A stretch of 64,000 nucleotides of DNA. Origin: Minisyncoccota bacterium (GTDB lineage: Bacteria > Patescibacteriota > Minisyncoccia > Phycocordibacterales > Phycocordibacteraceae). A model generated the notes under the pieces. The model was not told the DNA's origin. It was given only the letters and a program-made list of their open reading frames with translations, and ran no database searches. Numbering within the stretch: the stretch's first letter is position 1; every line of letters begins with the position of its first letter. Below, one piece after another: positions 57,032 through 64,000 of this stretch. Both the position numbers and the translations under genes were made by a program. The stretch covers positions 4,883 to 68,882 of the forward strand of contig JAQVIY010000002.1 in NCBI GenBank assembly GCA_028695415.1, read 5' to 3'.

Positions 57032-57919
57032 ATGAAAGTCCTTGTTACTGGCGGTGCTGGGTTCATAGGCAGTCACGTGGTGGACCTCCTTCTCAAGGAG
57101 GGTGCCGAGGTTCATGTATTCGATTCGTTCATAACAGGCAAGCGCGAGCGCGTGCCGAAAGGGGTACGGGTTATTGAAGGAGATATTCGTGATCGGTCGG
57201 CACTCGAGGAGGCTATGCAGGGTATGACACACGTGGTGCATCTCGCGGCGCTCGTATCGGTTCCTGAAAGTGTTGAAAACCCAACGCTTACTCACGAGGT
57301 GAACGTTATCGGTACGAGGAACGTATTTGATGCTGCTCGCCGCGCAGGCGTAAGCAAGGTTGTGTATGCATCGTCCGCCGCCGTATATGGAGATCATCCC
57401 GAACTCCCAAAAACGGAAGAAAGCCCGCTGCAGCCGAAGTCTCCCTATGCAACATCAAAGGTTGCGAATGAGGCGGATGCTCTCGCATCGGGTCTCTCTA
57501 CCGTCGGACTCCGCTTCTTCAATGTGTATGGGCCGAGACAGGATGCGAACCACCCCTATGCCTCAGTTATCCCGCGATGGGTCGCAGCAGCGAAAGATAA
57601 TCGGATGATCGAGCTTCACGGTGGTGGTGTACAGACGCGTGATTTCATACACGTGCACGACGTCGCGCGCGCGATACTCCTTGCGCTCAAGTCGGCGTAT
57701 GTCGGCATATGTAATGTTGCTTCAGGCGTTGAGACAGTTCTGCAAGACGTGCTTCAACATATGAGTGAGATGCTCAATAAGGATGTTTTGCATGAACGGA
57801 CGCCCGCCCGCGCAGGAGATATTAGCAGAAGTGTCGCGCGGGTGGATCGAGCTCGAGAGACGCTCGGTTTCGAAGCAGAGATTCCACTCAAAAAAGGTTT
57901 GAAGGATTTGCTCGCATGA
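57032..57919 (+). CDS. NAD-dependent sugar epimerase/dehydratase (GalE-like)
   Basis: VLVTGGAGFIGSH Rossmann motif. SKVANE (YxxxK region). Confidence 0.85.
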   Translation: MKVLVTGGAGFIGSHVVDLLLKEGAEVHVFDSFITGKRERVPKGVRVIEGDIRDRSALEEAMQGMTHVVHLAALVSVPESVENPTLTHEVNVIGTRNVFDAARRAGVSKVVYASSAAVYGDHPELPKTEESPLQPKSPYATSKVANEADALASGLSTVGLRFFNVYGPRQDANHPYASVIPRWVAAAKDNRMIELHGGGVQTRDFIHVHDVARAILLALKSAYVGICNVASGVETVLQDVLQHMSEMLNKDVLHERTPARAGDISRSVARVDRARETLGFEAEIPLKKGLKDLLA

Positions 57920-58719
57920 TTATTGACGGACGAGTGTTAGCGAAAGAGGTGCTCGCGCGCGCGAGGGCGCGCGCTGAAGCATTGCCGCGGCGGCCACGGG
58001 TCGTCGCGTTTGTGGCGCCTAACGAGACTGCCGCGACCCGTTCGTATCTGGCGATAAAAGCGAAAAGCGCGACGCTCGCCGGCTGCGACTTCGAAACTCG
58101 CGATATCCAAATAACAGACCGGCCGTCACAGTATTTTGATATCGATGCTGATGCGATTATTGTGCAACTGCCGTTGCCTGCTGATATCGCTACGAAAGAA
58201 ATTCTCGATGCGATTCCTCTTGAGAAAGACGCCGACGTACTCTCTTCTACTGCCCGTACGCAAAGTATGCTGCTGCCGCCAGTCGTCGGCGCGGTCAAAG
58301 AGATTTTCGACACGTATCATATTGAAACGAAAGGGAAGCACGCGGTTGTCGTCGGAAATGGATACCTTGTTGGCGCACCGGCGGCGACATGGCTTCGTGC
58401 CGAGGGTGCTGAAGTCGAGGTCGTCGAGCGTCCGACGGATAACCTCGCAGAGACGTTACTCACTGCTGACATCATCGTGTCAGGTACCGGCTCACCGCAC
58501 CTCATCAAGCCGGAAATGCTGAAAGAGGGTGTGGTGCTGATTGACGCAGGCACCTCCGAATCCTCGGGGAAAATAGTCGGAGATGCCGACCCGGCTTGTG
58601 CGGCGAAGTGCACGCTCTTTACCCCCGTCCCGGGCGGCGTCGGCCCCCTCGCGGTCGCGAAGCTTTTTGAGAACGTCGTCACCCTCGCTGAACGCGCGAC
58701 CTTGACTAAATTGGATTGA
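57916..58719 (+). CDS. folD: bifunctional methylenetetrahydrofolate dehydrogenase/cyclohydrolase
   Basis: IDGRVLAKEV start, VVVGNGYLVGAP, PVPGGVGPLAVAKLFENV. Confidence 0.85.
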   Translation: MIIDGRVLAKEVLARARARAEALPRRPRVVAFVAPNETAATRSYLAIKAKSATLAGCDFETRDIQITDRPSQYFDIDADAIIVQLPLPADIATKEILDAIPLEKDADVLSSTARTQSMLLPPVVGAVKEIFDTYHIETKGKHAVVVGNGYLVGAPAATWLRAEGAEVEVVERPTDNLAETLLTADIIVSGTGSPHLIKPEMLKEGVVLIDAGTSESSGKIVGDADPACAAKCTLFTPVPGGVGPLAVAKLFENVVTLAERATLTKLD

Positions 58720-58884
58720 CGTTCTACCATTCTCTACTAGAAGCGCGCACTTTGAACCAGGGTTTGCCACAGCAGAAAGCGGCGTAGTATCTGGGCTCTT
58801 TTCTGCTATGGCAAACTCGCGCAGAAGCGATAAGGCCCGCTGGCGATGCTATCCGCAAGGAATGGCGCTTAATAGGAGACTCCT

Positions 58885-59484
58885 ATGAGCAACGATACTG
58901 GCACCCTGCTTCCGTACATTGCCGCTCTCGCTCGGGCTGCAAGGAAGGGTATTCCTCTGCCGACTCTCGCCGACTTTTGCGCATACCTTAACCTGAGCGT
59001 GAAGCCCCTCGCTGCTGCCGTTTTGGCCGCGCTCGACACCATCCATATCGACCGCTCGACTCGTCCAGCCTATCCGTACTTTGTGGACAAGGACTGCATC
59101 AACGACCCGGACTTCATCGCACTTGAACAGACCGGCCCCGCCGACTACGCGCTCGGCAGCCTGGAGCAATATCTCCACGGCGCCCAGAAGACCGGCGGCT
59201 GGGAACGTGGCGAGGCAATCTACGAATATCTCAAGGGCAGCAACACGCTCTCGAGCTGTCTCGGCCTCGCCGATCTCCTCGCCATCCAGAAGCTCGGTAT
59301 CGAAGCCTTCCGCAAGCACTTCGCCAGCAAAGTAGTGTCCGGATGGAAATCGGTCGTCCGGGACCGCGACGGCAACCCGTTCGTTCCGTGCCTTGTCGAG
59401 GGCGATGGCGGGGTTGTACTGTTCTGGACGTGGTTCGAACGCGGCTGGAACAGTCGCAGCCCGGCGCTCCGCTTCGCAAGTTAG
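58885..59484 (+). CDS. hypothetical protein
   Basis: 199 aa, no recognisable motifs. Bracketed by 130-200 nt non-coding gaps. Confidence 0.35.
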   Translation: MSNDTGTLLPYIAALARAARKGIPLPTLADFCAYLNLSVKPLAAAVLAALDTIHIDRSTRPAYPYFVDKDCINDPDFIALEQTGPADYALGSLEQYLHGAQKTGGWERGEAIYEYLKGSNTLSSCLGLADLLAIQKLGIEAFRKHFASKVVSGWKSVVRDRDGNPFVPCLVEGDGGVVLFWTWFERGWNSRSPALRFAS

Positions 59485-59699
59485 ATCTTCGGAATCGGGC
59501 ACTCTGCTCGCACTCTGAACCTCTGACCTTCCCGCCCCGCATGGCAACATGCGGGGTGTCTTCATGTACCATGTGAGATGGCAGCAGGCGTATCGGGGGA
59601 TGCTCAGGTGGGGGAACGCACAAATGGTAATTCAGCAGATAACAGATAAATAAATATAGCAAGACTTCGCTTTTTATATAGATAGTTTATAATCCCCAC

Positions 59700-61013
59700 A
59701 TGACTCGTTTCCGGGTGTCTGCCGTTGTTGCCCTCCTCGTGGGCTTTTTGCTTGCGTATTTCGTCTGGTCTACTGAAGCGAATCCACTCTCCTCATATCG
59801 CTTCAAGCTCGGCCTCGACCTCGCCGGGGGTACTGAGCTCGTCTACAAGGCTGATATGAGCCAGACGGCGACGAGCGAGCGCTCTGACGCTCTCGGAGCT
59901 CTCCAGGGGGTCATTGAGCGCCGTGTGAACATGTTTGGCGTCGCCGAGCCCCTCGTTCAGACCGAAGAGGTGAGCGCGCTCTCGGGCACCACCGAAGATC
60001 GGCTTATCGTCGATCTTCCTGGCGTGACCGATATCAAAGCGGCGGTTACCGCGCTTGGCGCGACACCGACCCTCGATTTTCGCATAGCAACGACCGCTGC
60101 TACCGGCACCTCGACCGAGGCGACGTTCATCCCGACCGGTCTCACCGGCCGCTATCTCGCGAGCGCCTCGCTCCAGTTCGGCTCGGGCGCGACCGCCGGT
60201 CTCGCGGCGCCGCAGGTGCTTCTCAATTTCAACAGCGAAGGTGCGAAACTTTTTGAAAAGATAACGAGTGAAAATATCGGACAGGTGCTCGCCATCTTCC
60301 TCGATGGTCAGCCTATCTCTACACCGGTTATTCAAGAAGCGATTCCGGGCGGACAAGCGACCATTAGCGGTAAGTTCACCGCGCCTGAGGCGCGCGATCT
60401 GGTACGCAATTTGAATTTCGGCGCGCTCCCGGTGCCCATCGAGCTTGAAAGCTCTTCCGCCGTCGGCCCGACTCTTGGCGCCGCGGCTATCAATGCGGGC
60501 GTCGTGGCTGGCATCATCGGCTTCGCTATCATCGCGCTCTTTATGATCGCGTGGTACCGCCTCCCGGGTGTTGTCGCGACGATTGCGCTCGCAGAGTACC
60601 TCGCCTTCATGCTCGCGATTATCAAAGTCATCCCCGTCACCCTTACCGCTTCGGGCATCGCCGGGCTCATCATTTCGGTCGGTATGGCGGTGGATGCAAA
60701 CGTGCTTATATTCGAGCGCACCAAGGAGGAACTCCGGGGCGGGAAGTCGCCGCGCGAAGCGGTGCATATCGGCTTCTCGCGCGCGTGGCCGGCTATCCGC
60801 GACGGCCACCTCACGATGATCATCTCGGGCGTCATCCTCTTCTGGCTCGGGACGAGTATCGTACAGGGCTTCGCGCTCGTATTCGTACTCGGCGTGCTCG
60901 CCTCGTTCGTATCGGCAGTGTCGCTCTCTCGCGTGTATCTCCTCGCTATCGTTCCCGAAGAGGGAGAGGGTGCGTGGAAGTTCCTCTTGAGCTCCGGTTT
61001 TCGTAAACACTAA
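59700..61013 (+). CDS. secD: protein-export membrane protein SecD
   Basis: N-terminal TM, large periplasmic domain, six C-terminal TM helices with SecD/F motifs (LAGIIGFAIIALFMIAWYR). Confidence 0.85.
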   Translation: MTRFRVSAVVALLVGFLLAYFVWSTEANPLSSYRFKLGLDLAGGTELVYKADMSQTATSERSDALGALQGVIERRVNMFGVAEPLVQTEEVSALSGTTEDRLIVDLPGVTDIKAAVTALGATPTLDFRIATTAATGTSTEATFIPTGLTGRYLASASLQFGSGATAGLAAPQVLLNFNSEGAKLFEKITSENIGQVLAIFLDGQPISTPVIQEAIPGGQATISGKFTAPEARDLVRNLNFGALPVPIELESSSAVGPTLGAAAINAGVVAGIIGFAIIALFMIAWYRLPGVVATIALAEYLAFMLAIIKVIPVTLTASGIAGLIISVGMAVDANVLIFERTKEELRGGKSPREAVHIGFSRAWPAIRDGHLTMIISGVILFWLGTSIVQGFALVFVLGVLASFVSAVSLSRVYLLAIVPEEGEGAWKFLLSSGFRKH

Positions 61014-61016
61014 TTT

Positions 61017-61913
61017 ATGTTCATCATCAACCATCGCGGTTTCTTCTTCTGGCTTACGGGGCTTATCCTCGCTGGCGTTATCGGCGCGATAGTCGTCTGG
61101 GGTCTCCCGCTCGGCATTGACTTCACCGGCGGCTCTTTGATGCAGGTGTCGTACGAGAACGGTCGGCCGGCGCTTACGGATATTGAAAAGCAGATTACTC
61201 CTGTGGGACTCGGCACGATCTCGGTGCGCGCATCAGGTGACCGTGCAGTCGCTATACGCACCCGCTCACAGACGCCCGGAGAGCATGAGGCTATCCTCGG
61301 AGCGCTCTCAGCAAACGCATCAACGACTGAAGTTGCGTACACTTCGGTCGGTCCTGCGCTCGGGAGCCAGTTCACTCACAAGGCGGTATGGGCGATTCTC
61401 GCCGTCGTGCTCGTCATCATGCTCTACATCGCGTTCGCCTTCCGTCGTGTATCCGGCCCGGTTCCAGGCTGGGGCTACGGCTTCACGGTCGTCGCGATGC
61501 TCGCTATCGATATCATCGTGCCGACCGGCTTCTATGCCGCATATGCGCATTTCACCGGTGCAGAGGTCGATTCGCTCTTCATTGTCGCCCTCCTCTCGCT
61601 TTTGGGCTACTGTGTGAATGATGTCATTGTCATCTTCGATCGTGTTCGCGAGCACCTTGCGAAGAACGAGCGCGAGAATAATAAAGAACCGTTTGAGGAG
61701 ACGATAGGGAAGTCTATTAGTGAGACGATGACGCGCTCTATAAACACTGCGCTCACCGTCGTGCTCGCGCTCATCGCCCTCATCTATTTCGGCGCAGAGA
61801 CCACACGCAACTTCGCACTCGTGATGCTTGTGGGTATCGTCGCAGGCACCTTCTCCTCGATCGCGCGCTCCGCGCCGCTCCTCATCCCGATTGCAAAGTG
61901 GTTTAAGAAATGA
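61017..61913 (+). CDS. secF: protein-export membrane protein SecF
   Basis: Six TM helices, conserved SecF region (LGYCVNDVIVIFDRVRE). The last 21 codons lie within a 65-bp sequence that is repeated at 62461. Confidence 0.85.
   Translation: MFIINHRGFFFWLTGLILAGVIGAIVVWGLPLGIDFTGGSLMQVSYENGRPALTDIEKQITPVGLGTISVRASGDRAVAIRTRSQTPGEHEAILGALSANASTTEVAYTSVGPALGSQFTHKAVWAILAVVLVIMLYIAFAFRRVSGPVPGWGYGFTVVAMLAIDIIVPTGFYAAYAHFTGAEVDSLFIVALLSLLGYCVNDVIVIFDRVREHLAKNERENNKEPFEETIGKSISETMTRSINTALTVVLALIALIYFGAETTRNFALVMLVGIVAGTFSSIARSAPLLIPIAKWFKK
61847..61911. repeat. 65-bp direct repeat, copy 1 (3' end of secF)
   Basis: CACCTTCTCCTCGATCGCGCGCTCCGCGCCGCTCCTCATCCCGATTGCAAAGTGGTTTAAGAAAT, identical to 62461-62525. 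Confidence 0.85.
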
Positions 61914-62458
61914 ACATGTTTGAGAAATTTCGGAAGGGTACAAAAGAAAGTAGCGAAAATAACGATCCGGAAGCGGTACGCAAAGCAGAAATAGAAAAAA
62001 TATACGGCACGGTCTTTGTCGTGGAGTCCAGTCAAGATATGTCGTTCGAAAATCTTATTTCCTCTGCGGGTGTGACGAATGTCGATTCAAGAATTACAGA
62101 AGAGAAGTTCCCCCGTCTCGAGCGATTGGGCAGTTCCAATATGCAGGTTGTCGCAAGTGCTCGCGACTCTTTTATTGAAGACACGCTTGGGTATTTAGAA
62201 AAAGAGGGGCAACACCCCGCGACAATTCATGATCTTCTCGAGTTCATGCCACAGTGCCCTGAGTTAGTATGGCGACTGTGTGCACTCGGCTCACTTGTAG
62301 ACGAAGATAATAAAAAGTTTTGTGTTGTGGTTGTAAAGAAAGAAGGTAACGTATCATTATCTCTTCAAGAACTCGGTCAAGAAACTTTTCGGGATGGGGT
62401 TACGCATTACTATACTCCATGGCCAGCTTCACTTCTCACGGTGCAGAATGTTCAATGA
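61910..62458 (+). CDS. hypothetical protein (182 aa) on a low-GC insert between the two 65-bp repeats
   Basis: ATG overlaps the secF TGA (AATGAACATG). AT-rich compared with secDF. No recognisable domain. Terminator at 62538-62578. Confidence 0.5.
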   Translation: MNMFEKFRKGTKESSENNDPEAVRKAEIEKIYGTVFVVESSQDMSFENLISSAGVTNVDSRITEEKFPRLERLGSSNMQVVASARDSFIEDTLGYLEKEGQHPATIHDLLEFMPQCPELVWRLCALGSLVDEDNKKFCVVVVKKEGNVSLSLQELGQETFRDGVTHYYTPWPASLLTVQNVQ

Positions 62459-62460
62459 AG

Positions 62461-62525
62461 CACCTTCTCCTCGATCGCGCGCTCCGCGCCGCTCCTCATC
62501 CCGATTGCAAAGTGGTTTAAGAAAT
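62461..62525. repeat. 65-bp direct repeat, copy 2
   Basis: Exact copy of 61847-61911. Would encode the native SecF C-terminus ending KWFKK with a TAA stop. Confidence 0.85.
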
Positions 62526-62795
62526 AAGAAAGTTTTGAAAACAAAAAGCGGACTTCGTAAGTCCGCTTTTTGTTTTCAATAGGAGAGTGTCACTCGACAA
62601 ACACCAAACCGCTCATGCTTCGAGCGCATAAGGAGGCAAGGGGTGACGGCTTCATATATCATACGCTCCTCTATCTCGCGTGCAATCTTGGCAACGCATT
62701 TTTGTGTGTCAGGAATGGATAACCTTGATTTGTTTGCGGGTTGTGGTAATGTCTGTGTTGGATATCCTGTAGTTCAACCGAGAAGGAGATTGGAA

Positions 62796-63047
62796 ATGTC
62801 ACTGAAAACCATCCGCCACAGTCACGCCGGGCAAGCAAGGAGCGCCGAACGCAAGCGCAAGCGGCGATACGTGAACCGTCGGAACCTCAAGCTCAGCGCA
62901 GCGCTCCTCGGCGTGACTCCGTCGCAACTGCAGCAGCAGTATCAACTCGAGATCGACGCCATCGTCTCAACCCATGATTCCAGAGCGGCACATCGGGCGC
63001 AGAGGGCAAAGACTGCTCGAAAGGTTAACTGTGCCCCCTGGGGATGA
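62796..63047 (+). CDS. small basic hypothetical protein (83 aa), possible DNA-binding (weak call)
   Basis: GAGAAGGAG RBS 6 nt before the ATG. Arg/Lys-rich N-terminus. Terminator GTGACCCGTC-AGAATT-GACGGGTCAC + TTTTGTTTT at 63060-63098. Confidence 0.3.
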   Translation: MSLKTIRHSHAGQARSAERKRKRRYVNRRNLKLSAALLGVTPSQLQQQYQLEIDAIVSTHDSRAAHRAQRAKTARKVNCAPWG

Positions 63048-63284
63048 TGTTCCATCTTGTGGGTGACCCGTCAGAATTGACGGGTCACATTTTGTTTTAG
63101 GGTCTATTGACGCCCTTTCGACCTTCCTATACTATGGCCTTACTGTCCCCCTATGGGGGACGGGGTGTTTCTTTGACATCAAAATACGTGAATGCCCGCC
63201 ACGGAGGTGGCGGGCGAAAAGCCCCGACGTTACAGTCGGGGTAAAAGATGTGTGAATTCTTTTGTTCCGCCTATTCTTATTGAG

Positions 63285-64000
63285 AGTTTGATCCTAGCTC
63301 AGGGTGAATGCTGGCGGCGTGGATAAGTCATGCAAGTCAAGGGGGCCCGCAAGGGCAACCGGCAGACGAGGTAGTAACACGTAGGTAGATCCCCCGAAGT
63401 CGGGCATAGCCAGTCGAAAGACTGGGTAATTCCCGATAGTCTCCTTCTTCGCTGTGTATTTCATCACAGCTACGAAGGACGCAGCCGCAAGGCCGTGTCC
63501 TCCGAAGCTCGGAATGGAATGTAGAGCGAAGGAGGAGTAAAGGTTTTTCGCTTCGGGAGTCGCCTGCGCAGTATCAGCTAGTTGGTAGGGTAACGGCCTA
63601 CCAAGGCTACGACGCTTAGGGGAGCTGAGAGGCTGACCCCCACCGATGGAACTGCGACACGGTCCATACTCCTACGGGAGGCTGCAGACGAGAATATTCC
63701 GCAATGGACGAAAGTCTGACGGAGCGACGCCGCGTGATGGATGAAGTGCCTTGGTACGTAAACATCTTTTATCGGGGACGAAGTTTATTGACGGTACCCG
63801 ATGAATAAGGAGCTCCTAACTCTGTGCCAGCAGGAGCGGTAATACAGAGGCTCCAAGCATTACCCGGAATCACTGGGCGTAAAGGGTGTCTAGGCGGCCA
63901 TATTAGTCTTTCGTTAAATCTGCGGGCTCAACCTGCAGGCTGCGAGGGAAACGGTATGGCTCGAGGGCGTGAGAGGTGCACGGAACTCATGGTGGAGGGG
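63285..64000 (+). rRNA. rrs: 16S ribosomal RNA, 5' part (continues beyond the window)
   Basis: AGAGTTTGATCCTAGCTCAG at 63285, ACTCCTACGGGAGGCTGCAG, GTGCCAGCAGGAGCGGTAATAC (mismatch to universal 515F GTGCCAGCMGCCGCGGTAA), GGGCGTAAAGGG. Confidence 0.9.

Noticed and set aside
59793-61034. 413-aa minus-strand ORF inside secD
   Set aside because: Antisense to secD. Highly Arg/Glu-rich low-complexity product.

Overview
This 64 kb window reads as a chromosomal segment from a small-genome bacterium using the standard genetic code (UGA is a stop, e.g. at 507-509). Several traits are consistent with a Candidate Phyla Radiation / Parcubacteria-like lineage, but this is inference. The traits are: a 16S rRNA starting at 63285 with a mismatch at the universal 515F site and running off the window end; a 23S rRNA (about 47060-52300) interrupted by three group I-type insertions; 23S-5S not adjacent to the 16S; rplK (L11) not followed by rplA (L1); N/C-terminal extensions on ribosomal proteins and NusG; type IV pilus PilM/N/O genes; and many Thr/Ser/Ala-rich surface proteins with peptidoglycan-binding domains. 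The window is dense in housekeeping genes: uppS, rluA-family, rplS, secE-nusG-rplK, a thymidylate-cycle cluster (folA, thyA, glyA, dCMP deaminase), argS, ileS, recO, glyQS, metG, tatD, rpsF-ssb-rpsR, efp, an ECF sigma, recA, ftsK, rplJ-rplL, a SEDS ftsW/rodA, a polysaccharide cluster, folD and secDF. Selfish or mobile signatures sit at tRNA and rRNA genes: a free-standing LAGLIDADG gene between tRNA-Leu and tRNA-Val, an HNH gene next to tRNA-His, and an att-like array of tRNA-Leu(GAG) 3'-end copies with terminators and two tiny membrane-peptide ORFs. One of the 23S insertions carries a single-motif LAGLIDADG ORF and another carries an embedded tRNA-Gln-like element. There is also a 5S 3'-end duplication scar, a 105-nt tRNA-like gene after 5S, and a low-GC 182-aa ORF inserted at the 3' end of secF between 65-bp direct repeats. 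The most unusual coding feature is a complete histidine-phosphatase (PGM-family) domain inserted inside IleS. No CRISPR array was seen. All calls come from reading the sequence and ORF translations by eye, so coordinates of RNA features and intron boundaries are approximate.
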